DNA of 64,000 nucleotides from Oopsacas minuta. Taxonomy: Eukaryota; Animalia; Porifera. The translations under genes were made by a program, and so were the position numbers. The notes beneath the pieces were generated by a model. That model did not search any database and had not been told where the DNA came from. It saw nothing but the letters and a program-made list of their open reading frames with translations. The DNA lies in the NCBI GenBank assembly GCA_024704765.1, contig JAKMXF010000233.1, forward strand, positions 124,001-188,000. Reading direction: 5' to 3'. Positions 22,826 through 34,240 of the stretch are shown here, piece by piece (position 1 is the stretch's first letter; the number at the start of each line of letters is the position of its first letter).

Positions 22826-25800
22826 ATGTATCGAATACAGCTCGTAACATTCCTATGTCTACTGATCCCTCTCACTTCACTCGCACAAATCTTCACCTTA
22901 CATCCTCCTAATACTACACGAATAGTTGACACAGATATCAGTATTGACTGTAGCATAGTTGCATCAGAGATTACAGTAAGATGGAGAAAGGATAGTGATA
23001 TATTAAGTCCATCTAGTTCAAGTTATGAGATACTTACCGTTCTAATTAGTGCAGGTCTATCTTCACAATTCCATATATTTTCTGGCGAATTCGCTAACAC
23101 AGGTGTCTACACGTGTCTAGCTTACAATGACTCTGTTTTCCTAGCCGAATCGTATCCCGGTACTTTAACCATGGAAGGACCTGTACATTATATTGAAGAT
23201 CCATTAGATCAGGTCGTATACCTCAATCAACCGATTATTCTCGTCTGTCACATTCAAGGAAGCCCTCTTCCCACTCTAAAATGGACTCACGATGTTACTG
23301 AGGGTAATATTGATGTAGTTCCCGGAGGGTTAACATCTATCATAACGAATAGGATAAATGCATATGAAACATCCAGTAAGCTTACCATATCCAATGCCCA
23401 GCTAACGCATGATAGTACTTACCATTGTGAGACAGAGAATTCCTACGGATCAGCTGATCGGACTGCCCGTATAACTGTACAGGATCAGGAGATAGAGTCT
23501 GTTTCTATTGCACAACCTGTGCACGGTACTGTCTACCCACTAATAGCTCATGATCTTAATTCCATTACACTACCCTGCTCTGCTACAGGTCTACCTAAGC
23601 CTACTCTACAATGGGAGATACCGGCAAGTGTGCAGACTGCTAATGTACGTGTAAATCAAGCTACACTAATACCAACACTATACATATCAGCTCCAACATT
23701 GGCAGATGCAGGTATTTACACTTGTATAGCAAATAATACATTCACTTATGACGTAGCTAGTATCGAGGTTGTAGTTATAGAAACACCGGTTGTATCAACT
23801 TCTAGTGATAGTGTAGTTACCGCCGACAGTTCTGTGACACTTTTCTGCTCGGCTACAGGTACACCTACACCTACTGTTACACTAATACACCCTGATGACA
23901 CTATACTAAATTTGGATGTTAACGGTTACGTGACCATATCAGTCATTTCCTATTTAGATGAAGGTACATATACTTGTCTTGCTGTCACACAGACTGTGTC
24001 TAGCGATGCTACTTTCTTCCTGACTGTGTATAGCGAACCTGTCATTGCAATTCCACCAACTGACAAAGGTGTGGGTATAGGACAAGATGTCTCATTTTCA
24101 TGCATCGTAGCTGGAACCCCAACTCCCTCAATCACTTGGATTCATAATACACACACTATAATACAAGCTCCTATCCCCTCAACACTAAGGCTCAGTAACG
24201 TACATTCTAGTGATCAAGGCATTTATACTTGTATGGCAACTAACTTAATTAATTCGATTAATGCTACCGCAATTCTAACCATTTATCCTATACCGCAGTT
24301 TGCTATAACTCCAACCACAACATTAGCTGGTGTAGGTGATTCTGTCACTTTCAAATGCAGCGCTAACGACGCAACGACTACGGTTGAATGGTATGTAGAC
24401 AATATCCTAATTACATCAGGGATTAAATATTTCGTCATATCAGATAGTCTCGTTATATATAACCTTGTACTGAGTGATTCTAACTCATACACCTGTCGTA
24501 TATCTAACCCAGCTGGTGAGCTAGAAGCTAGTGCTATTCTAAACATAATACTACGTCCATACTTCCTACAAACCCCCCTAGACCAAACTGTAGAAGCTGG
24601 CATCCAGGTCACTTTCACTTGTAGCGTGTCGGGTTCACCTGACCCAATTTTATCATGGTTAGACGGATCAGATAGCATTGTAGAAACTAACGGGAAGTTT
24701 ACTGTATCTATGGATTCTAATACTATAACATTGACTATAACTGATGTGACATTAACAGAAGCAGGTACTTATACATGTCTTGCTGATAACGGACTAGAAG
24801 CTAGCAGAACTGCTCTCTTATCTATTATCAATGCCCCGCAGGTTACTATTATCCCTGCTATACAGAAAGCTATTCTTGGCCAACAGTTTATACTCACATG
24901 TGAAGTAACGTATTCAGTGCCTTACCCTTCATTTCAATGGTACAATAATTCCTTGATAATCACTACAGATGATCGCGTTAAGAGGTTCGCAAACGGATCA
25001 TTAGTATTCAGTAATGTAATGCTTTCTGATGAAGGAGAATATCTGTGTATAGCTATTAATACAGAAGGTACTGGTGATGCTAAGGCCAATGTTGAAATTA
25101 TTGTAACACCAACATTCTCATCTACTCAAACACAGCATCATGTCGCGTTAGGCAGTGATATAACTTTACCTTGTTCTTCAGCGGGTGTGCCTTCCCCTGT
25201 GACGTCATGGCTGTTACCAGATAATACTGCAGCACCTAATGATGGACATTTCTCATGGTCTCTAGCCGTAAATGGTTCTTTGACTATAAGGGACGTGCTA
25301 GGATCTGATCATGGGTCATATACGTGTGTTGCTATGAATGAAGCAGGTGTAGCAAACCTACAAATCTTCTTAACAGTACAGGTTGCCCCAGATGAACCAT
25401 ACAATTTAACTGTAGTGATTGAGGACGCTAGCAATGTTACTATAACCTGGATTATACCATTCAATGGATACTCTGCTATCACAGGCTATATGGTAAGGCA
25501 GAATATAGTAGGTGGTGATGTAATGGAAGCTGAAATTGAGTGGGAAGATTTGAGCTTGGATGAAGGGGAATTTGATTCTGCAATTGTGATGGGATTAATT
25601 CCATTTGAGTTCTATCGTTTCCGTGTAGCAGCTGTTAATGAAATTGGAATAGGCTCGTATTCAGATCTGACAGCTAAAGTACAGCTGTTCTCTAGCTTTC
25701 CACCTGCCCCTGAGAATGTCACTACACAATCACTCAATTCCACTGCAATACTAATAATATGGGATCCTCCCACATATCCACATGGTGTCATACTAGAGCA

Positions 25801-27029
25801 TGTTATAGAATGGGGTATTGCTGGTGAAATTTCCTTTAATAATACCATTCCTATTTCTCAAGGCACTCGGTACATATTGACTTCTCTGTCTATTTATACA
25901 GAGTATTGTTTCATTATTCGTGCAGTTAATGACAACCCATTTGGTGGTGTTTTTAACGGTTTCTTCTCAGAACCTGTTTACCAGTACACGGGGGAGGGAC
26001 CACCGGTTGGTCCCCCGTTAAACGTGACCCTAACAACCGTCCCTGGCGGTATTATTGTCATTTGGAATGCTCCCAGGATTGAATTTAGACAAGGAATTAT
26101 AATCGCTTACAACTTGTTCTACAGACCATCTTTGTTGAATATTCCTTTCCCTACTCTTCCACCTTTTGAGATAAATCAGACTAATCATTCGCTAGAAATT
26201 CTTAATGCTTATAGGAAGGAATTAATGGAGTATTATCAGTTCGGTAATATTTCTTATACGTTATTTAGTATTGCTGTAAAAACTGAATCATTTTCCCATA
26301 CAATAACGCTTGAAGGTTTAGCCAGAGAGGATTACTATTATGATATTAAGCTACAGGCGATAAATTCCGCAGGGATAGGTCCTAATTCGACAGCACAATC
26401 TGCTAAATCTGGATTTAATTACGTGAATCTCTTGCCAATTATCCTTCCTTCCATCCTCGTGCCTGTATTGATATTAGCGTGTATAGTAATATCTGTAATA
26501 GTTGTGCTTATATTATTACCGTATTACAAGAATTGGAAAGAGACTGCTAGAAACCGGAAGCCATACCGTGAGACCGGTAGTGCTCGCAGACCCTTGGTTC
26601 CTAGTTCATCGTTACAGGTATCTAACTTCGATACAGAGAATAGAGGATTTGATGATATTATCCGGAAACAAAGTTCCTCGGCTAAAAAACGCGATTCACC
26701 CACTGGTAATGAATCATATCTCGCGGCAATTAATGAGATAAACCGCCAGATAATGGAATCTGTTGGGGAATCAGATCAGGAAGCCACGCCTACAGGTTCT
26801 GAATACTCTGATTCAGAAGGTTCAGGTTCAATGTCAGGTATAAACACAGAGGTTTTCACTTCAAACAAACCCACGGATTCTGACGGAGCACACGTTATAT
26901 ACAATTACGATTCTGTAATGCCTAAGGTAGGCGAAGAGAAAACTGGTACTACGAAACAAACCGATTTTGATGACGTAGTAGGTGATACAATTCGCGAGGC
27001 TCCTGTTTTACAAGCGGGAAATTACTCAG

Positions 27030-27061
<32 letters not shown>

Positions 27062-27535
27062 GATATACGTCTGGCGGATAGTCAGACGCCAGCTGATTTC
27101 TACCCGCATGAGAATTCTGATTTATCTGATGATGAGCGTGTGACGTATGGTGATTATCTTAAGAATGTATCAGCTGATCAGGATCAACCACATGCTGATA
27201 GTGAAGTTAGCCTCAGTCAATATTCACATATTTCATTCGAGTTTTCGCGAGCTAAGAAACAAATGGCTAATTTGAAGATGGAAGATAAGAATATTAAAGT
27301 CGAGAAAAAACGACTGGATCAGGAAAAGAAATTGAGAGAGAAAATTGCGTTTAAAGAGAGGAAAGCGCGTGAGTTGCGTGCGAAAAGTGAGAGAAAAGAA
27401 CGCGAGAAAGAAGCGAAACAACGTCTGAAAGAACGACAACAAAGCTATATCCCTCCTTCATCATTAGATCCTGATTTGAAGTATAAAGATATGTCCGCTA
27501 CCCGTGAGAATAAGAATAGAGATGTTCTATTCTAA
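22826..27535 (+). CDS. Single-pass Ig-superfamily receptor: signal peptide, 9 Ig domains, 3 FN3, TM, long cytoplasmic tail (Dscam/Sidekick-like architecture); intronless, 1569 aa
   Basis: ATG at 22826 begins MYRIQLVTFLCLLIPLTSLAQ. Nine paired-Cys Ig domains (most with the core Trp and D-x-G-x-Y-x-C), three FN3 repeats, TM LLPIILPSILVPVLILACIVISVIVVLILL, acidic and K/E/R-rich tail ending RDVLF. Confidence 0.9.
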
Positions 27536-28240
27536 CCACAAATCACTTATCCATACTTTATAGATTCTATACGACCCCTGTAATTCGCAATTTATAGTAT
27601 TTAACCAATTTCCATTTTAACTACATTATTTATAATTTTTGTATTTATTATTTTTATTATTATTTTATATTTCTTTATGCTTTTGAATTGGCCCTTTTGA
27701 AATTCAGTAGACCCTCGCTAATCCGAACAGGGAGGGCCTAAATCATATACAAACTTTGGAAAAATGTTCTAAATTTTCATAAACGCATTAATTGCCTCCA
27801 ATTCTACTGCTGACAAATACATTGTACTATATTTCATTTTTCACAGCCTTTTCATCGGTTTTGAACTTTCGAAAAAATGTACTCATAGATCCTATAGTAT
27901 TGCTTCAATGCATTTCGCTAATCCTAACGAACAGGTGCGGTCCCTTGAGCTTCGATATAACGTGAATTGACTGTAATTAGTTTCATAAATGCTTTCTGTT
28001 TTGATAATAATATTTCACTATTTTTGGATGAGTGATTAACTTATAAAATCACTGGTTGCTAGACTATTTACCCGCATCATGTTCATATTCCATTGTTTCA
28101 TTATCTCATTAATTATCTACTGGCTATAAGTCATTAATCTTTATATTGAAAATCAACCACATCATAGTCTGGAGTCTTTGTGTGGAGTATTTAAGGATTT
28201 GAGTTTAGTTATACTATAAGGAGGCTTAGCTGGCTGCTAC

Positions 28241-28321
28241 TTCAGAATGACCGAGTGGTTAAGGTGATTGCTTGCTAATCAATTGTAATTTTACGCGTGG
28301 GTTCGATCCCCACTTCTGTTC
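28241..28321 (+). tRNA. tRNA-Ser(GCT)-like sequence with non-canonical acceptor and anticodon stems (pseudo-tRNA or tRNA-like domain)
   Basis: A box TGACCGAGTGG, D stem ACC/GGT, anticodon GCT at 28274-28276, long variable arm, perfect T arm GTGGG-TTCGATC-CCCAC. Acceptor stem pairs only CAGAA/TTCTG (top two pairs are T-T); position 31:39 is C-T. Confidence 0.75.
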
Positions 28322-29749
28322 CTCTTTGCAGTCGGCGCTACCCTCCTTTTTAACTATGTAAATTGAATAAGTAGGGATATACAGAATATTCGGGGTTTTT
28401 ATAAGATTGCAATCTATAAGAATCATCTTCTAGAAAACGGTTCTCATATACTCTTGCATAATTTATACCGGTTATAAGAACATATTTTGCTACTCCCAAG
28501 GTTGTCTTATAAGCGATATAACGACTGTATTAAATGGCTTTCTATCCTGTCGAAATGTCAGTATTATCTACTCGATCGCGAATAGCTTACATATTCTTGA
28601 TCATTGTTGTTTAATACGCACGTATTATCGAATTTCGTATTTTACGATTTCAGCCATATTAATCAATCCTGTTTCACCTGTTAAACTGTTATTTTTGTAA
28701 CAACTATTCGTCAAAAGATAGTTACGTATATATTTATTGAATTTTCGCATCAATACTACTTATGCTTATAATACAAAATTATAATCTCAAAAAATTACTA
28801 TTTATTTTTCCATGTATTTTATTATCTGTTAATGATAGCTCCAATGATTTAGGTATAACTTATATTAACCTGACAGTAATTTGATTATGAATTTTTAGTT
28901 CGTCATCTCACAGATAATGTTAATCCTTATGGGATAGAAATCCCGATAAGTTCAATGTATTATTTGAATTATAATATATTTAATACAAAGAATAGTCTTT
29001 GATTGTAGCATTACTTAATTCAATATAAATAGTTTGAATAATATATAACCAAACTATATGAATGAAATTCTATTAATTGAATTAATAATTAATTCATTTC
29101 TCTCATTATCTATCGAATTATGGTTAAGATTAACTAGTTCGATAACTCTATAACTGAATAGGGATACATGTAAATATAAATGTATTTACATTTGGAAATA
29201 TACATTATTTGAAAATTATTACTGTGATGTCTAACAAAATAACTCAAAGATTGATCTATTCGCGAATGGATGAATTACCATAAATTCTTATAATTCCTAT
29301 AACCCCAATACTTTATACATTTACACAGTATAGGCTCTCATTGAAAAGAATACTGGATAGTTATAACTGGTATTTGACGGTCTGTGATAAGTGTATGTTC
29401 AATAGATGTGTGCCATATGCACTTGGCGTAAAGTTTGTTATTGTGTGCGGTCCCCCCACTTTTCGTTCCTGATTCCAAACGAAATTGTGGAATCTAATAT
29501 AATAATTCATTCTTAATACAAGCTTTAATATGGCATTATTACACGTATGTGCGTGATTAAAGTCTGAAAACATGATATCTTGTGTATAACGTTTCGAATT
29601 GCCTCTCCCACTCTTTGAAAAATATACAAAATCTTTACGCCAATATGCATATAGATTTAGGGGTAATTTTTTTATTCGTATTAATGCGAGTCGATTTATT
29701 TTCTACCTTACCATGTTGATTATTTCCACACACATTAGATCTTACTACT

Positions 29750-32700
29750 ATGAGTTATGAGACGAGTGATTTAGAAGAACTCCTAGAACAGAGAGGCCAT
29801 GCCTTACAAGACGTTCAGAGAATTGTAGCTCAAACCTCAGCCTTATTAACCTTATCCACAAGTGATAAAGTAAGTATAGCAACTAGCACACAACCTCCTA
29901 CATTAGATGAGTTTGTCAGTCAAGTAATTTCTATACTGAATCAACACAGGTCTGCATTACCTGAGGCTTTATCTGTTATCACAGACTTTGTGCCTACACC
30001 TCTTGCTACTGGTAATGGACGTGATGACAATACGGATACTGATAATCAGTTGGCAAAATCTGTATTCCAGGGCTTAGATTCTGAGATAATTGATATGCTG
30101 AGTAAGGTTGACTTAGAAGGAGCTAGAAATGATATCATATCAGCTCTGCATGGAGATGACTTGGCTACTTTCGCGGGTCTCGCTCTGAAGCATCCGATGC
30201 TTGTCACAGAGATGGACGGATTAGGTGGAACACTCCTGCACGTAGTTCTAGAGCTACAGAACCAAACCAAGAAATCACAGGCCGGCTCGAATTTACTCCC
30301 ATTTATCAGAGTACTGCTACAGAATGGAGCTGATCCTAACGTATTATCCAGTGAGGGTACAGCTCCTATCCACCTAGCTGCTACCACGGGTCAGGTTAGT
30401 ATTCTACGGGAGATGATACGCTACGGAGGTAAGATAGAACTGAAAGATAGAGTAGGACGCACCCCTCTCTACATATCTACACTACAAGGGAAGTTAGAGT
30501 GTGTACGGGCTTGTCTAGATGCCGGCGGGGACCCCATGATACCGAATAAATCCGGTTGTACTTGTGTGCATGCTGCAGTTCTACGTGATAGACTGAATGA
30601 ACTGAGATGCTTGCTGGAATACGTACAAGCTAACTGGAACTCTAAACAGGTGTATCAGCTATTGAATGCTCAGGATAGAGATGGCAGAACAGCTGCTCAC
30701 ATGGCTGCTTCCTGCAACCTGACCAGTGTGGTAGAAGAGCTCTGCCGGTGTCAAGGCCTGCTGGATTTGAGTATTAGAGATCGCTGGCAACAAACTCCAT
30801 GGGATACAGCTACACCCGAAACAAGACTACTACTCAATAGCATGGAAGCCAAGCGTGTTGTCGTGCATATAGCTACGTCAGCTGATTCACCAGCTAGTCC
30901 TCATCATGATCAAGATCCTAATCATGTCGAGAAACTATTCGCTGTAGGAGTGATTGAAGTACAGAATGAATTGACTTGGAAAGATTTCGATCTCTTAGTT
31001 GGACAGATTCTAGAAAAACATTGCTACGACCTAGCTTCCTCGTATAACATGTTGAAAGAGCGTGATATCACTGCACTACGTTATGTTAAACCGAGCGAAG
31101 CAGCTATTGCTAATTCTATTAATATAAAGACAAAGAAGGGAAGATTACAGTTGAATAGACGGAATAGTGCCCCGAATATCCGAGACGCTCAACTAGAGCA
31201 ACAACAACAACTTAATATACCAATTCTAACTGAAAAATACTGGGATTTGAGTTTCAGTGCTGAATCGAAGAAGAGACAGGCGGCAGCACAGGAAATATTA
31301 GCTCATTATTTTACCTCAGAAGTGCAATTAGGTTTAGATCAGTCATCAATAGGGTCATACACACTTGGTAGATATTCATGGTCACCTGACAAATACCCTC
31401 AAATCTCTGTTACCAAAACTGTGTATCAAATACTTGAGAATGAACTCAGGAATTTGTATGTTGAAGGTACATCACTCGACTCGAAATCTCAATCACATTC
31501 TCTCACGCTAAACATGGTTGTTAGGCTCAAAGGCTCGGAAGAAGGAAAGCTAGATCAGCTGGCTTATGAGAGTCTCACGCCTATAACGAAGCTGGAAAGT
31601 TACATTGATCTAGTCCTTGATATAAAGAATGTAATAATCAGTGGAGCGCTTGGATGTGGTAAGACATTACTAGCTGAATACATGGCTGAATGTTTGAAGC
31701 AGCAGTTCATGTATAACGGAAAGAATGCCCAGGTATATACAGTATGTCTTCATCCTAGTTTTAAACGTGAAGATCTCCTGGAGCTGCTGATTGAAACTGG
31801 TTGTATATTACAGATGACTAGTGACTCAACTGCACAAGCTATTAGTAGGAATAAATCAGTGCAAGACATAACTCCAATTATTGTATTGGATAATCTGGAT
31901 CAGGTGAATATAACGGAAGTTATTGGGGAGTTGTTGACATCTCTGGAGTTCAGGGGCTTGGCTTGCCCCCAGTGGAACTCAGGGTTCACAAATAGTTCCC
32001 AGGTTAAATTCCCTCCCGGGGAATATTTCCTACGCACAGATTCATACTTCATCGCTACACTCAGTAGATCAGGCTGGTCTGGCCTGAGTCAAATTGTCCG
32101 TGATTCTTTTTCACATATACAATGCTCTGTATTTGATGAACCTGTATCAGGATTGCTTAATAGGTTCCTAATGCGTAGTGTTATCTCACAGAATGGTGGT
32201 GTAGTAGTTAAAAATAATGACTTATTCTCTTCACTACAATGGATATCTGAAGTATGGTATTTGTACAATTGTTATTTACAGAAATACCAGCTGGCTGAGC
32301 TACAAATAGGACCGAGACACTTCTTTTCTTGCCCGACAGAAAGTGAAGATTGGGCTGCTATTTACCGTTGGTTAGCTACCTTATGGAATCATAAGATAGC
32401 TCCGTTCATTGAAGATCAGCTGTTGCTAAAAACCGCGATGTACTCATCTCCTAATGTCCCTTCATCTGATATGGTAATAGGTAGTCTCATTCAAAACGCT
32501 CTCGTATCTACATGCCCGTTAGCTATAGGACATTTCCATGAATTCTACAGTAGTCTTAAGACAGTTAAACCCCAGACTCTAGCACCAATCGATCCTGCTG
32601 AACTCGGTTCTACTGTTTCTCTATTCACACAAACATCATCTAGTAGTCAGAGTGGAGTTACGTACAATAGACCTGGAGGCGGCAGATTCTCATTATTGGA

Positions 32701-33100
32701 GCAGTCTTATCAATACAGAAGTAATACTCTACCTAAAAAGCTACATCCTAAGCCGCAGGGTACTACATCACCTGATCAAGCTCAAATATTACGATTGCAG
32801 CAAATACGATCACAATCTGTTTCATTACATGACCGTAGTAAAAAGAAAGAGGAGAAAAAACCGAAAAAATCTGGTCTATTCAGACGCAAACCGAGTAAAG
32901 ATAATCGACCTGATTTAATCTCCGTCCCACAAATGATGAATCCTGAAATTGAGGATCCTGAAACATCACTCCCCACGTCAACTATCCGCCCACAATCCTA
33001 CGATAAAGAAATTAGGATAAGGTCACACTCTACGGAGGAATTATCTCCCAGCAAATATCATCACGCTGGACCTAGTCAGGTCATGCAGTCAGAGATTTAA
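29750..33100 (+). CDS. CTTNBP2: Cortactin-binding protein 2-like: ankyrin repeats plus NAV/CTTNBP2-type P-loop AAA domain, intronless, 1116 aa
   Basis: Ankyrin repeats (GGTLLH, GTAPIHLAA, GRTPLY, GCTCVHAA, GRTAAHMAA); Walker A GALGCGKT; Walker B IIVLDNLD; IGPRHFFSCP...RWLATLWNHKIAPFIED as in the CTTNBP2/NAV family. Confidence 0.78.
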   Translation: MSYETSDLEELLEQRGHALQDVQRIVAQTSALLTLSTSDKVSIATSTQPPTLDEFVSQVISILNQHRSALPEALSVITDFVPTPLATGNGRDDNTDTDNQLAKSVFQGLDSEIIDMLSKVDLEGARNDIISALHGDDLATFAGLALKHPMLVTEMDGLGGTLLHVVLELQNQTKKSQAGSNLLPFIRVLLQNGADPNVLSSEGTAPIHLAATTGQVSILREMIRYGGKIELKDRVGRTPLYISTLQGKLECVRACLDAGGDPMIPNKSGCTCVHAAVLRDRLNELRCLLEYVQANWNSKQVYQLLNAQDRDGRTAAHMAASCNLTSVVEELCRCQGLLDLSIRDRWQQTPWDTATPETRLLLNSMEAKRVVVHIATSADSPASPHHDQDPNHVEKLFAVGVIEVQNELTWKDFDLLVGQILEKHCYDLASSYNMLKERDITALRYVKPSEAAIANSINIKTKKGRLQLNRRNSAPNIRDAQLEQQQQLNIPILTEKYWDLSFSAESKKRQAAAQEILAHYFTSEVQLGLDQSSIGSYTLGRYSWSPDKYPQISVTKTVYQILENELRNLYVEGTSLDSKSQSHSLTLNMVVRLKGSEEGKLDQLAYESLTPITKLESYIDLVLDIKNVIISGALGCGKTLLAEYMAECLKQQFMYNGKNAQVYTVCLHPSFKREDLLELLIETGCILQMTSDSTAQAISRNKSVQDITPIIVLDNLDQVNITEVIGELLTSLEFRGLACPQWNSGFTNSSQVKFPPGEYFLRTDSYFIATLSRSGWSGLSQIVRDSFSHIQCSVFDEPVSGLLNRFLMRSVISQNGGVVVKNNDLFSSLQWISEVWYLYNCYLQKYQLAELQIGPRHFFSCPTESEDWAAIYRWLATLWNHKIAPFIEDQLLLKTAMYSSPNVPSSDMVIGSLIQNALVSTCPLAIGHFHEFYSSLKTVKPQTLAPIDPAELGSTVSLFTQTSSSSQSGVTYNRPGGGRFSLLEQSYQYRSNTLPKKLHPKPQGTTSPDQAQILRLQQIRSQSVSLHDRSKKKEEKKPKKSGLFRRKPSKDNRPDLISVPQMMNPEIEDPETSLPTSTIRPQSYDKEIRIRSHSTEELSPSKYHHAGPSQVMQSEI

Positions 33101-33290
33101 TATTTTTCAGTCAAAGCAGCTCTCACATTTTAGTCTTCCAAATATTTTAATGGGATCACACACTGCACACTGTTTCGGTAGATATATTCTACCATTTAGG
33201 TCTTAATACTCAGCTCTTGTATATATCTCTATATATATTTGTGTACGATTTATAATTTTCATCCCACACACTTGTGTTAAGCTCAATTGT

Positions 33291-33291
<1 letters not shown>

Positions 33292-33321
<30 letters not shown>
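33292..33321. repeat. (TAT)n microsatellite
   Basis: About ten TAT units. Confidence 0.9.
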
Positions 33322-34240
33322 CCATTGGTATTAGAAACAATCATTAAGTTTGTATTACGTATTTCAGTTAGTTATTTAGGTGGCATTCTACAGTTAATGT
33401 TATCATTGCAGATTTTGATGTACATATGATACAGTATATTAAATGTTAGTTTGTGTTAATGGGTTGAGGGATGGGAGGGCTGGAGGATGTCAGTAACAAC
33501 TCGTATTCGTTTTTTAGGGATAAATTATGCATGCAACAATTTGAAGATAGCTATAGAAGTAATATCCTAGTATGTCGGATATAATTAATGCTGTAATTCA
33601 TAGTGCAAGTACTCCTGTTATAAACGAAGTGGTTTTTTGGCCCCTATAGCTTGGAAGTAATTGATTTTACTCCGCTTAACACGAGTACCTCTCATAACGA
33701 AATGAAACTGGGGTGCCGAACACTTCGTTATAACGAGAGTTACTGTCGATGTATTCACCAACTCTCTCCTGTGCTTCTTTGGAGTTGAATGTAGGTTTGC
33801 CTCAGTTTTTTCTACGAAAATATTCAAGTAGCTAATGCCTACACATAAACATTTTGATGTAGAGCTTTATAGCTAGAGTATGAATTTCTGAAGTTAAGTT
33901 TTCACACATTTGGTGATTGATATTCACATATTTCTATGTAAAATTCCAACGCATCATAGAGATAAATATTCAACGTGTTGTTAATGGTAATTGGATGCGT
34001 AGAGTCTGATTTTGAGACTTTCAGAGCCTAAAATTTACAAATTCATAGATTTATCATATGATTAATCATATTTTCACACTTCATGCATTTTCAAAATGAT
34101 GCAAGAAATTCTTCTTACCGGCTAGTTAGTGTTGAGTTTGTATAAAGTTAAATTCTCGGAGCTGCAATCTCAGTCTAGATTGGACATTTCAATATGCCTG
34201 TACCAGTATATTTCCTTCCATTCATTGCTATTTAGCTGTA

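Noticed and set aside
27030-27063. (GAT)n poly-Asp tracts here and near 58620-58642
   Set aside because: Ordinary coding microsatellites in disordered regions.
31620-32420. AAA domain read as a bacterial McrB-like restriction GTPase
   Set aside because: Context and motifs fit the eukaryotic NAV/CTTNBP2 family; no McrC or other prokaryotic neighbours.
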